Assembly: GCA_002269645.1 (NCBI GenBank)
Contig: NIVC01001510.1
Coordinates: forward strand, 186,001 to 250,000
From: Macrostomum lignano
Lineage: Eukaryota
Reading direction: 5' to 3'
DNA: 64,000 bases
Shown one piece after another: positions 21,590-34,637 of this stretch. The notes beneath the pieces are model-generated. The model made no database searches. It was not told where the DNA came from and saw only the letters and a list, made by a program, of their open reading frames with translations. A program made the position numbers and the translations under genes. Position 1 is the stretch's first letter. Every line of letters begins with the position of its first letter.

Positions 21590-24477
21590 CAGGTCCAGGT
21601 ATCCCAGATAGATGGTCTGGTCAATCAGCGGGAAGGCCTCGGCGCCTGTTCGAGCCTGCAGTCGCGTCAGGTTGGCGAACTGTTGGAGCAAAGGGGGGCA
21701 ATGGATTTCCAGTATAGCAACTGGCTAAGTGGATATTCTGATGCGAGCGGGGTTTACTTGTCTCCGGGTACTCAAGAAAGTAATTTAGACTGCGCACCTC
21801 CCTATAACACGAACATGGCTAAAGAGTATACACAATCCTGGCTACTGACAGTAGCATCGGGGAAAATTTAGAGTAGAATGAGTGAGGTAGATTTAGGGAA
21901 AGGGAAAAACAGCTAGAGACACAGGTAGGGAGAGACAGAGATAGGGAGAGAGGACAGGGAGAGAAGACAGGGAGAGAAGACAGGGAGAGAAGACAGGGAG
22001 AGAAGACAGGGAGAGAAGACAGGGAGAGAGGACAGGCAGAGAGGACAGGCAGAGAGGACAGGCAGAGAGGACAGGCAGAGAGGACAGGCAGAGAGGACAG
22101 GCAGAGAGGACAGGCAGAGAGGACAGGCAGAGAGGACAGGCAGAGAGGACAGGCAGAGAGGACAGGCAGAGAGGACAGGCAGAGAGGACAGGCAGAGAGG
22201 ACAGGCAGAGAGGACAGGCAGAGAGGACAGGCAGAGAGGACAGGCAGAGAGGACAGGCAGAGAGGACAGGCAGAGAGGACAGGCAGAGAGGACAGGCAGA
22301 GAGGACAGGCAGAGAGGACAGGCAGAGAGGACAGGCAGAGAGGACAGGCAGAGAGGACAGGCAGAGAGGACAGGCAGAGAGGACAGGCAGAGAGGACAGG
22401 CAGAGAGGACAGGCAGAGAGGACAGGCAGAGAGGACAGGCAGAGAGGACAGGCAGAGAGGACAGGCAGAGAGGACAGGCAGAGAGGACAGGCAGAGAGGA
22501 CAGGCAGAGAGGACAGGCAGAGACGACAGGCAGAGGACAGGCAGAGAGGACAGGCAGAGACGACAGGCAGAGGACAGGCAGAGAGGACAGGCAGAAACGA
22601 CAGGCAGAGAGGACAGGCAGAGAGGACAGGCAGAGAGGACAGGCAGAGAGGACAGGCAGAGACGATAGGCCAGGAGCAGTATCTGGTTCTTCACCTTGAG
22701 TCTGCCGTGCGCGTGGACATGCAAGTTGGAAGTTCTAGATGTACTGTACACTGTAAGATCTTTACTTCACATTCTCTTCTGTGAGAGGCCCCTCGCTCAC
22801 CAGCCAGGCCCTGTCGGCGAAGTTGTACAGCGTGGCGGCCTGGTTGACGCACGGCACCCCGGCGTAGGTCAAACCGGCCAGCAGGCCGCGCCAATCGCTG
22901 CGAGCGTCGCGAACTCGCTGACGAATCAGTGCGCAGTCCGGCTTGAAGAGTCTGATGGGTTCGGGTGGAGCGCAAGTATCTGCGGTGAGCTAGAGACCTG
23001 TTAGACATCAAATTTGTTAGACACCAAACCTGTTAGACATGAAAACTGTTCGACATGAAACCGGCTAGACATCAAACCTGTTAGAGATCAAAACTGCTAA
23101 GTATCAAACCTGTTAGACACGAAACCGGTTAGACATCAAACCTGTTAGACATGAAACCTATTAGACATGAAACCTGTTAGACACGAAACCGGCTAGACAT
23201 GAAACCGGTTAGACATCAAGCCTGTTAGACATGAAACCGGTTAGACATGAAACCGGTTAGACATGAAACCTGTTAGACATGAAACCGGTTAGACGTAACC
23301 GGTTAGACACGAAACCGGTTAGACATCAAACCTGTTAGAGATCAAAACTGCTAGGTATCAAACCTGTTAGACACGCAACCCTAGTTTGACATCAATCTGT
23401 AAGGCCTTAAACCTATGATGCAGGAAGCCGTTGGACGCAGTCCAAGCCAGAGCTCCCCCTCGCTACCCAGTTGAGGAATTGCGGCACTCCAAATCTCATC
23501 CCTGACAATGCCAGTCCACTGCAACAGCTAAGAGTGCAGTCGCTGTGTTCTCCCGATTTGAATAGGCGGCAAATATTTGCTCTTGGGGTTGGCGATGGGC
23601 CACTGCGTTTCTGACAGGACAAGCTCTCTGCCCGGCCCCCAGCAGATGGCTTTGGGAGCTGTTCGACTATTGGAAGCCAAGCTTGCAGGACGAGTATCAA
23701 CAAAAAATCAATAGAATTATCTCATAACTATGAGCCTTCAGTAAAGTAGGAGTAAAATAAAGTAGGAGTAATTAGCACTAGTAACTAATGTCAAGGAACT
23801 AGTTAACGAATGGTCCTAGATACTGTTTTACGGCTGAGGGTTGTAGCCTAGTGGTTAGAGAGTCCGACTCAGACTTGAAGGTCGGGGGTTCGATTCCTGA
23901 TCCCACGGAACGATTTGTGTCCTTGAGCAAGACACTTAACTCTGCATTGCTTCAGTTCACCCAGCTGTAAAATGGGTGCCAGCATTAGCTGGGGTAGTTG
24001 AGGGGGTGCGTGGCGACCCCCCAGTCCTTGGACTGAACAGCCGTACGCAGCCTTCAGATGCGCAGCGCACAGCGGCTGAGCTGTCGGTTGCACATCTGGC
24101 CCAATTGGGCAGGTAATCAATTGTTATTAATATTTAAGTACTTATGAAACCTAAATGTGAATGCTCTGTGCGACTCTGCTGTAAAATCATGTCTGAAATC
24201 CGTCAATCTTCGATTAGATATGAGAGATTCTATTCATACTTTGTATGAAGAATAGTAATAAGTTGTGTGAGCAATGACTGTGACACTCATACTCATAAAA
24301 ATGAGTATTAAATGAGACCCCAGCATGAAGCTGAAATATTATTAGTCCTCGGAAACGGTATCAAAACCCCGGCCCACTCAGATGAATGCTTAGAATGGAA
24401 AGTCAGAGAAGGCACAGACGATAGGGTCAGGAAAAAACGGAATGTTCCTGAACCTTGGAGGAGCACCAAGAAACGCA

Positions 24478-24532
<55 letters not shown>

Positions 24533-26624
24533 CCGCTTTTAGTGCTTACTGAGCAAACATTAAAGTGATGAAGCCTCGTATGGATGGAAGATGAGACTGG
24601 GCTGGCGCCAAGACTCTGATCTACAGTCCATCGAAAAGGACTCTGGAGGGGGGTTGACGTTTATCAGGAATTTAAATGAGCATTTAGAAGAAAGGGTGGG
24701 GCACTGAGGACTGTCACAGGAAGGACAGGGCACTGAGGACTGTCACAGGAAGCACAGGGAACTGAGGACTGTCACAGGAAGCACAGGGCACTGAGGACTG
24801 TCACAGGAAGCACAGGGCACTGAGGACTGTCACAGGAAGGACAGGGCACTGAGGACTGTCACAGGAAGCACAGGGCACTGGGGACTGTCACAGGAAGCAC
24901 AGGGCACTGAGGACTGTCACAGGAAGCACAGGGCACTGAGGACTGTCACAGGAAGCACAGGGCACTGAGGACTGTCACAGGAAGCACAGGGAACTGAGGA
25001 CTGTCACAGGAAGCACAGGGCACTGAGGACTGTCACAGGAAGCACAGGGCACTGAGGACTGTCACAGGAAGGACAGGGCACTGAAGACTGTCACAGGAAG
25101 GACAGGGCACTGAGGACTGTCACAGGAAGGACAGGGCACTGAGGGCTGTCACAGGAAGGACAGGGCACTGAGGACTGTCACAGGAAGGACAGGGCACTGA
25201 AGACTGTCACAGAAAGGACAGGGCACTGAGGACTGTCACAGGAAGGACAGGGCACTGAGGACTGTCACAGGAAGGACAGGGCACTGAGGACTGTCACAGG
25301 AAGGACAGGGCACTGAAGACTGTCACAGGAAGGACAGGGCACTGAGGACTGTCACAGGAAGGACAGGGCACTGAGGACTGTCACAGGAAGGACAGGGCAC
25401 TGAGGACTGTCACAGGAAGGACAGGGAGACGGCAGAACCATCAGCTCACCTGGCAGACTTGCCGGAGCCCACGCTGATCTGACAGCCGCCAGCTGAACTG
25501 GCCGTCAGACGGATATCCGAAAATGCAGCCTGCAGAAAAACCGAACTCAGGTTTAATGAGTGCCAGTAGCCATCAACAATCAAGGCCATAGACTAGAGTA
25601 TAGAAAGTCACCTGTTCCACTCGAACATCCCAGTCGGACTGGATTTTGCGACTGCGAAAGTACTTGGACCTGCGGAGAGAAGTCGTATCGATTGCATAGC
25701 GATAAGGTTGGGCGGGGCTGAGAGTGCTGGCATGGCTAATCAGGTTTGATTCCATTAGTCTCATAGACTCGACTCACGATCGACTCAATTATCATGGGCT
25801 TGGGATGAACGCGCTGGGAGAAATTTAGCTTTCCAATCGGCTCAAGTATCCGGAAATATTGATCTAGAAAATACCGCCTAAAGTACATCGTTTGCGAATT
25901 GACGGAAATATTTTTATGATGGAATTTCTCAAGAAAAAACACTCCAAATGAAGCAGTTCAATTCATACGACTTCCGGCTGGATTTCCTGTTTTTATGCTC
26001 TCGAGACAAGATTAAATTGTACGTCACGTCATCAGCCCTTATGTACATAAGCTTCACCAGAGTCAATGGGTCCCGTGGGAGGCTAAGTTAAGCAAAGTTC
26101 GCCGCGGTTAGTGCCCACAAATAAACGGATCGATGACTAGAAAGTCAGGGCCCTGTGTGAGCGCGTGCCTGCGTGTCGGCCTAAATTATAAGGTGTGCAA
26201 GGACCAAAAGCCCAGATCTAGTCTCAGTAGTCCTTGCGCCGGCTCACCAATCCGTGTGCGGCTCGTCAACAACCAGCAGAACCTTGCAGCGGTCCCGGCT
26301 GGCCGACCGGCCGTGGAACAGCAGGCTGCGGCCGATGATGCTGCTGCCGATCTGCCCAGCGAAGCTGCTGGCCGAAGTTGGCGCCGGCTGCGCAGTTTTC
26401 GATGGCGACGTTGGCGCGCTTGGGTAGACCGACTTTCTTGGCTGCACCGGCGTGGCTGCCTGCGATTCCCGAGCTTCCGCTTTCTTTTGCTCCTGTTGCT
26501 CTTTTTGCTCTTTTTGCTGCTCTTGCTGCTGCTGCTGGAGCTCCTGTTCCTGCTGTGCCCGACTGTCAGCTCCTTCGCCTTGCAGATCGCCCGACGAGAA
26601 TCGGCGCTTCAGGTAGTTGAGCAT
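21590..26624 (-). CDS. Syn: Synapsin, exons 1-5 (26624-26248, 25669-25612, 25529-25450, 22951-22801, 21679-21590); later exons not found in window
   Basis: MLNYLKRRFSSGD (domain A, PKA site), KVLLVVDEPHTDW|SKYFR, DVRVEQ|AAFSDI, LFKPDCALIRQ...GVPCVN..LYNFADRAWL, FANL..L...G.EAFPLIDQT. All junctions are GT-AG and in phase. Confidence 0.93.
21945..22660. repeat. 13-bp satellite (AGGACAGGCAGAG) in synapsin intron 4
   Basis: Tandem array; explains the 310-aa repeat ORF. Confidence 0.95.
22999..23375. repeat. 16-bp minisatellite (GTTAGACATGAAACCG)
   Basis: Tandem degenerate units. Confidence 0.9.
23837..24135 (+). mobile_element. tRNA-derived CORE-type SINE
   Basis: A box TAGCCTAGTGG (23844), B box GGTTCGATTCC (23887), then GTGTCCTTGAGCAAGACACTTAAC...CAGCTGTAAAATGGG resembling the CORE domain; AT-rich 3' end, which is approximate. 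Confidence 0.75.
24479..24532. repeat. (GA)n microsatellite
   Basis: Directly visible. Confidence 0.95.
24698..25426 (+). repeat. 29-bp satellite (CACTGAGGACTGTCACAGGAAGCACAGGG), left arm
   Basis: About 25 units; the unit is the reverse complement of the 27359-28223 array. Confidence 0.95.
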
Positions 26625-27358
26625 GGCCGCAACAGGTGGCGCTGCAGTCTAACAGCCGTAGGAGATGTTTTACAATTTCCCAATGGATGAATAAAAACTC
26701 CAGGGGCGGCTGGGGATCTCCGAGGTTAATTCGATTCGAGACTCGCTGGGCCCTCGGGCAGATAAATTTCAAGAGCGAAGGAGACTCGAAAATAAATTGG
26801 AGGGCTGAAATTGCCGATCCGCTAAACGAGCCGACTCGCTTTCTCCCGGCTCTACTGCTTCTATTTCAGTTCGTCTCCACGGCCACTTCAGCCGGAGACC
26901 CAATCCACACCGAGTGGCTTTTCCCAGACCCTGTGCGCCTTCCTCAGCTGATCACGGGCGAGGCAGGAAAAGGGAAGAGGGAAGCGCCGAGGTGGATTGG
27001 GGAGTACGGTTGGGGATGGGGAAGAGAAGCTGCAAGGGGGAATGACGGCATGGTAGACGCTCTCCGCCAGCTCCAGCAGAGCCTTTGCACCGGGGCGGCT
27101 TCCACTGGAGACGAGATAAAAAATTAACGCCCGATGCCACTTTACCCCACCCTCTGCCAGCACCCCGGCCTCTGAAATATTAAAGCTCAGAAGCTCAGAC
27201 TGTTATACTGAGGACAAACCTGGACGGCCATGCTGAGTGGCTCCACTCTTTAGTGACCGAGCTGGCTTCGAAATTTAATTCTGTACCAGACTTGAATTGG
27301 GATTCGTGGGATTATTTATAATCACGAACAAATAAAGCAGAAGGAAGGCCGATTATTT

Positions 27359-28223
27359 CTGACAGTCCTCAGTGCCCTGTGCTTCCTGTGACAGTCCTCA
27401 GTGCCCTGTGCTTCCTGTGACAGTCCTCAGTTCCCTGAGCTTCCTGTGACAGTCCTCAGTGCCCTGTGCTTCCTGTGACAGTCCTCAGTGCCCTGTGCTT
27501 CCTGTGACAGTCCTCAGTGCCCTGTGCTTCCTGTGACAGTCCTCAGTGCCCTGTGCTTCCTGTGACAGTCCTCAGTGCCCTGTGCTTCCTGTGACAGTCC
27601 TCAGTTCCCTGAGCTTCCTGTGACAGTCTTCAATTCCCTGTGCTTCCTGTGACAGTCTTCAATTCCCTGTGCTTCCTGTGACAGTCTTCAATTCCCTGTG
27701 CTTCCTGTGACAGTCTTCAATTCCCTGTGCTTCCTGTGACAGTCCTCAGTTCCCTAAGCTTCCTGTGACAGTCCTCAGTGCCCTGTCCTTCCTGTGACAG
27801 TCTTCAGTGCCCTGTCCTTCCTGAGACAGTCTTCAGTGCCCTGTGCTTCCTGTGACAGTCCTCAGTTCCCTGAGCTTCCTGTGACAGTCCTCAGTGCCCT
27901 GTGCTTCCTGTGACAGTCCTCAGTTCCCTGAGCTTCCTGTGACAGTCTTCAATTCCCTGTGCTTCCTGTGACAGTCTTCAATTCCCTGTGCTTCCTGTGA
28001 CAGTCCTCAGTTCCCTGTGCCTCCTGTGACAGTCCTCAGTTCCCTGAGCTTCCTGTGACAGTCCTCAGTTCCCTGAGCTTCCTGTGACAGTCCTCAGTTC
28101 CCTGTGCTTCCTGTGACAGTCTTCAGTGCCCTGTCCTTCCTGAGACAGTCTTCAGTGCCCTGTCCTTCCTGAGACAGTCTTCAGTGCCCTGTCCTTCCTG
28201 TGACAGTCTTCAGTGCCCTGTCC
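27359..28223 (-). repeat. 29-bp satellite, inverted right arm
   Basis: About 30 units of CCCTGTGCTTCCTGTGACAGTCCTCAGTG. Confidence 0.95.
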
Positions 28224-30787
28224 TCTTAAGAAACCTGCTGCAAAAATACCCATGCTTGCTTAATTTGGAATTCCGAAGTCCAGGTGAAATATTGTGCAGT
28301 TCAGTGCTAAAAAACTGAAGACTTGTTATCTAGACTTAGCCATGCAGTAAATTTATTCGGGTGTTGCGTCCTACTCTTGCTGCTACTCGGGAAGATTTGC
28401 TATCGAATCGCGTGACCAACTGCTTTTGGCTTTCCGCCAGAGTCTAATTAACCTGAGCACAGAGCGCACCCTTAGGCGCCGAGGCCCCTAGCTTAGGGAA
28501 CAGGACAGATGGGATATAAAAAATTTGAGCATCGAGAAAGCGGAGGAACTGAGCCAGCTGGAAGGAGAGGCGGAGAGCGGGGCTTTGAACAGAAGTGGAA
28601 ACGGTTGGGGAGAATTGAAAAATCAATACGGATCGGTATGGACAGGACAGGAGCAGCAAGCGCCATCAGCTGTGGCATACTTTTATTTTCCATTTGGCCT
28701 CCTTTTGGCGGGAGAGGCAGGCAGCATCAGAGGGAGGCTGACGGGGGGGGGGCGGCGAACTCAGCATTAATCCCCTTCCTTCAGGCTCCCGCGCCATTTC
28801 ATGCAAATCTGCTGCTCGATTCGCCAGCCTGTTATATTTTATATTTTGCCCACCCGAATTTCTCTGCCTGCGTACACTCAGTCTTCCCGGTGGGATAAGA
28901 GAGAGAGAATGGAGAAATCCGAATATATCCATCACAGTCCTGCTCAACTGTGCCTACTGGCAGCCAGCCTAAATCCCCAGGAGGTCAGCTGCTACCATTC
29001 CTCCATCCCCACGATAATAATGGGGGGGGGGAAGCTGCGTGCAGATCTCGCGCGGCAACATCGGTCAAACTCAGTGTTCACTGCTTCACACGGGATTCGC
29101 CTTCATTCTCCTTTCTGGACCGCCGTCTCCATCATGCCTCAAGTTCCTTCCGCGTACCTCCATCCGCTGCTTATGAGCTTTGGATTCAAATTCAATGCCT
29201 CATCATGGTACATATCAATATCCTGCGCCCCGCAAGCTTAGGAGAGTGGATGGACAGGTCACCTCCTGATATATGCAATATAGTTTGTGTTACAGTTAAT
29301 GTTCCGGCTTCCATCCATCGATTATAAATGGCCATACGAACGAAGCTGTGTCTGCACTGCATCTCATCTCATAGTTTTGGCTCTCCATTTTTCATCCCCA
29401 CCTGGGGGAACTCCCGGGCCTTTCGGGCAGGGCCCATTCATAACTCTACTCGATTATCATATCTTACCTTTATTCTCAATCTTTCTTCTTATAACTGCAC
29501 TAGTTACTTCGTTCCCTGTCGATATAAAATGCAAGCGTCATAGCCCCCTCAGTGTCTACTCTCTCCCGTCATAGCCCCCTCAGTGTCTACTCTCTCCCGT
29601 CATAGCCCTCTCAGTGTCTACTCTCTCCCGTCATAGCCCCCTCAGTGTCTACTCTCTCCCGTCATAGCCCCCTCAGTGTCTACTCTCTCCCGTCATAGCC
29701 CCCTCAGTGTCTACTCTCTCCCGTCATAGCCCCCTCAGTGTCTACTCTCTCCCGTCATAGCCCCCTCAGTGTCTACTCTCTCCCGTCATAGCCCCCTCAG
29801 TGTCTACTCTCTCCCGTCATAGCCCCCTCAGTGTCTACCCTCTCCCGTCATAGCCCTCTCAGTGTCTACTCTCTCCCGTCATAGCCCCCTCAGTGTCTAC
29901 TCTCTCCCGTCATAGCCCCCTCAGTGTCTACTCTCTCCCGTCATAGCCCCCCTCAGTGTCTACTCTCTCCCGTCATAGCCCTCTCAGTGTCTACTCTCTC
30001 CCGTCATAGCCCTCTCAGTGTCTACTCTCTCCCGTCATAGCCCTCTCAGTGTCTACTCTCTCCCGTCATAGCCCTCAGTGTCTACTCTCTCGTGTCATAG
30101 CCCTCTCAGTGTCTACTCTCTCCCGTCATAGCCCTCTCAGTGTCTACTCTCTCCCGTCATAGCCCCCTCAGTGTCTACTCTCTCCCGTCATAGCCCTCTC
30201 AGTGTCTACTCTCTCCCGTCATAGCCCCCTCAGTGTCTACTCTCTCCCGTCATAGCCCCCTCAGTGTCTACTCTCTCCCGTCATAGCCCCCTCAGTGTCT
30301 ACTCTCTCCCGTCATAGCCCCCTCAGTGTCTACTCTCTCTCGTCATAGCCCCCTCAGTGTCTACTCTCTCTCGTCATAGCCCCCTCAGTGTCTACTCTCT
30401 CTCGTCATAGCCCCCTCAATGTCTACTCTCTCCCATCATAGCCCCCTCAGTGTCTACTCTGTCCCGTCATAGCCCCCTCAGTGTCTACTCTCTCCTGTCA
30501 TAGCCCCCCCAGTGTCTACTCTCTCTCGTCATAGCCCTCTCAGTGTCTACTCTCTCCCGTCATAGCCCCCTCAGTGTCTACTCTCTCCCGTCATAGCCCC
30601 CTCAATGTCTACTCTCTCCCATCATAGCCCCCTCAGTGTCTACTCTGTCCCGTCATAGCCCCCTCAGTGTCTACTCTCTCCCGTCATAGCCCCCTCAGTG
30701 TCTACCCTCTCCCGTCATAGCCCTCTCAGTGTCTACTCTCTCCCGTCATAGCCCTCTCAGTGTCTACTCTCTCCTGTCATAGCCCTC

Positions 30788-30945
30788 TGTTGTGGGTTGA
30801 TGGCTTTGCCATAGACATTTTTGTTACGCGACTGCGTTGATGAATGGAACCATGCTATTGAGTTATGAAATAAATGATAGACGCGTCAGAGGTCAACAGA
30901 CCGCTAGACTGACAATTGCTGAAGGCTAAAGCCAAAAGCACAACA
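30788..30945 (+). mobile_element. 158-bp solo LTR-like insert, copy 1
   Basis: TGTTG...CAACA ends, 5-bp TSD CCCTC, internal AATAAA. Confidence 0.7.
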
Positions 30946-32712
30946 CCCTCTCAGTGTCTACTCTCTCGTGTCATAGCCCTAGCAGTGCCGGCTCTCTCCC
31001 GTCATAGCCCCCTCAGTGTCTACCCTCTCCCGTCATAGCCCTCTCAGTGTCTACTCTCTCCCGTCATAGCCCTCAGTGTCTACTCTCTCGTGTCATAGCC
31101 CTCTCAGTGTCTACTCTCTCGTGTCATAGCCCTAGCAGTGCCGGCTCTCTCCCGTCATAGCCCTCTCAGTGTCTACTCTCTCCCGTCATAGCCCTCTCAG
31201 TGCCCATTCTCTCCTGTCATAGCCCTCTCAGTGTCTACTCTCTCGTGTCATAGCCCCCTCAGTGTCTACCCTCTCCCGTCATAGCCCTCTCAGTGTCTGC
31301 TCTCTCCCGTCATAGCCCTCTCAGTGTCTACTCTCTCCCGTCATAGCCCCCTCAGTGTCTACTCTCTCCCGTCATAGCCCCCTCAGTGTCTACTCTCTCG
31401 TGTCATAGCCCTAGCAGTGCCGGCTCTCTCCCGTCATAGCCCCCTCAGTGTCTACCCTCTCCCGTCATAGCCCTCTCAGTGTCTACTCTCTCCCGTCATA
31501 GCCCTCAGTGTCTACTCTCTCGTGTCATAGCCCTCTCAGTGTCTACTCTCTCGTGTCATAGCCCTCTCAGTGTCTACTCTCTCGTGTCATAGCCCTAGCA
31601 GTGCCGGCTCTCTCCCGTCATAGCCCTCTCAGTGTCTACTCTCTCCCGTCATAGCCCTCTCAGTGCCCATTCTCTCCTGTCATAGCCCTCTCAGTGTCTA
31701 CTCTCTCGTGTCATAGCCCTCTCAGTGTCTACTATCTCCTGTCATAGCCCTCTCAGTGTCTACTCTCTCCTGTCATAGCCCTCTCAGTGCCCATTCTCTC
31801 CTGTCATAGCCCTCTCAGTGTCTACTCTCTCCCGTCATAGCCCCCTCAGTGTCTACTCTCTCCCGTCATAGCCCCCCTCAGTGTCTACTCTCTCCCGTCA
31901 TAGCCCTCTCAGTGTCTACTCTCTCCCGTCATAGCCCTCTCAGTGTCTACTCTCTCCCGTCATAGCCCTCTCAGTGTCTACTCTCTCCCGTCATAGCCCT
32001 CAGTGTCTACTCTCTCGTGTCATAGCCCTCTCAGTGTCTACTCTCTCCCGTCATAGCCCTCTCAGTGTCTACTCTCTCCCGTCATAGCCCCCTCAGTGTC
32101 TACTCTCTCCCGTCATAGCCCTCTCAGTGTCTACTCTCTCCCGTCATAGCCCCCTCAGTGTCTACTCTCTCCCGTCATAGCCCCCTCAGTGTCTACTCTC
32201 TCCCGTCATAGCCCCCTCAGTGTCTACTCTCTCCCGTCATAGCCCCCTCAGTGTCTACTCTCTCTCGTCATAGCCCCCTCAGTGTCTACTCTCTCTCGTC
32301 ATAGCCCCCTCAGTGTCTACTCTCTCTCGTCATAGCCCCCTCAATGTCTACTCTCTCCCATCATAGCCCCCTCAGTGTCTACTCTGTCCCGTCATAGCCC
32401 CCTCAGTGTCTACTCTCTCCTGTCATAGCCCCCCCAGTGTCTACTCTCTCTCGTCATAGCCCTCTCAGTGTCTACTCTCTCCCGTCATAGCCCCCTCAGT
32501 GTCTACTCTCTCCCGTCATAGCCCCCTCAATGTCTACTCTCTCCCATCATAGCCCCCTCAGTGTCTACTCTGTCCCGTCATAGCCCCCTCAGTGTCTACT
32601 CTCTCCCGTCATAGCCCCCTCAGTGTCTACCCTCTCCCGTCATAGCCCTCTCAGTGTCTACTCTCTCCCGTCATAGCCCTCTCAGTGTCTACTCTCTCCT
32701 GTCATAGCCCTC

Positions 32713-32870
32713 TGTTGTGGGTTGATGGCTTTGCCATAGACATTTTTGTTACGCGACTGCGTTGATGAATGGAACCATGCTATTGAGTTATGAAATAAAT
32801 GATAGACGCGTCAGAGGTCAACAGACCGCTAGACTGACAATTGCTGAAGGCTAAAGCCAAAAGCACAACA
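32713..32870 (+). mobile_element. 158-bp solo LTR-like insert, copy 2
   Basis: Same sequence and TSD as copy 1. Confidence 0.7.
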
Positions 32871-34637
32871 CCCTCTCAGTGTCTACTCTCTCGTGTCATA
32901 GCCCTAGCAGTGCCGGCTCTCTCCCGTCATAGCCCCCTCAGTGTCTACCCTCTCCCGTCATAGCCCTCTCAGTGTCTACTCTCTCCCGTCATAGCCCTCA
33001 GTGTCTACTCTCTCGTGTCATAGCCCTCTCAGTGTCTACTCTCTCGTGTCATAGCCCTAGCAGTGCCGGCTCTCTCCCGTCATAGCCCTCTCAGTGTCTA
33101 CTCTCTCCCGTCATAGCCCTCTCAGTGCCCATTCTCTCCTGTCATAGCCCTCTCAGTGTCTACTCTCTCGTGTCATAGCCCCCTCAGTGTCTACCCTCTC
33201 CCGTCATAGCCCTCTCAGTGTCTGCTCTCTCCCGTCATAGCCCTCTCAGTGTCTACTCTCTCCCGTCATAGCCCCCTCAGTGTCTACTCTCTCCCGTCAT
33301 AGCCCCCTCAGTGTCTACTCTCTCGTGTCATAGCCCTAGCAGTGCCGGCTCTCTCCCGTCATAGCCCCCTCAGTGTCTACCCTCTCCCGTCATAGCCCTC
33401 TCAGTGTCTACTCTCTCCCGTCATAGCCCTCAGTGTCTACTCTCTCGTGTCATAGCCCTCTCAGTGTCTACTCTCTCGTGTCATAGCCCTCTCAGTGTCT
33501 ACTCTCTCGTGTCATAGCCCTAGCAGTGCCGGCTCTCTCCCGTCATAGCCCTCTCAGTGTCTACTCTCTCCCGTCATAGCCCTCTCAGTGCCCATTCTCT
33601 CCTGTCATAGCCCTCTCAGTGTCTACTCTCTCGTGTCATAGCCCTCTCAGTGTCTACTATCTCCTGTCATAGCCCTCTCAGTGTCTACTCTCTCCTGTCA
33701 TAGCCCTCTCAGTGCCCATTCTCTCCTGTCATAGCCCTCTCAGTGTCTACTCTCTCCCGTCATAGCCCCCTCAGTGTCTACTCTCTCCCGTCATAGCCCC
33801 CCTCAGTGTCTACTCTCTCCCGTCATAGCCCTCTCAGTGTCTACTCTCTCCCGTCATAGCCCTCTCAGTGTCTACTCTCTCCCGTCATAGCCCTCTCAGT
33901 GTCTACTCTCTCCCGTCATAGCCCTCAGTGTCTACTCTCTCGTGTCATAGCCCTCTCAGTGTCTACTCTCTCCCGTCATAGCCCTCTCAGTGTCTACTCT
34001 CTCCCGTCATAGCCCCCTCAGTGTCTACTCTCTCCCGTCATAGCCCTCTCAGTGTCTACTCTCTCCCGTCATAGCCCCCTCAGTGTCTACTCTCTCCCGT
34101 CATAGCCCCTCAGTGTCTACTCTCTCCCGTCATAGCCCCCTCAGTGTCTACTCTCTCCCGTCATAGCCCCCTCAGTGTCTACTCTCTCTCGTCATAGCCC
34201 CCTCAGTGTCTACTCTCTCTCGTCATAGCCCCCTCAGTGTCTACTCTCTCTCGTCATAGCCCCCTCAATGTCTACTCTCTCCCATCATAGCCCCCTCAGT
34301 GTCTACTCTGTCCCGTCATAGCCCCCTCAGTGTCTACTCTCTCCTGTCATAGCCCCCCCCAGTGTCTACTCTCTCTCGTCATAGCCCTCTCAGTGTCTAC
34401 TCTCTCCCGTCATAGCCCCCTCAGTGTCTACTCTCTCCCGTCATAGCCCCCTCAATGTCTACTCTCTCCCATCATAGCCCCCTCAGTGTCTACTCTGTCC
34501 CGTCATAGCCCCCTCAGTGTCTACTCTCTCCCGTCATAGCCCCCTCAGTGTCTACCCTCTCCCGTCATAGCCCTCTCAGTGTCTACTCTCTCCCGTCATA
34601 GCCCTCTCAGTGTCTACTCTCTCCTGTCATAGCCCTC

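Noticed and set aside
23840-23907. tRNA gene
   Set aside because: The acceptor and anticodon arms are irregular and it runs into a CORE domain, so it is a SINE head.
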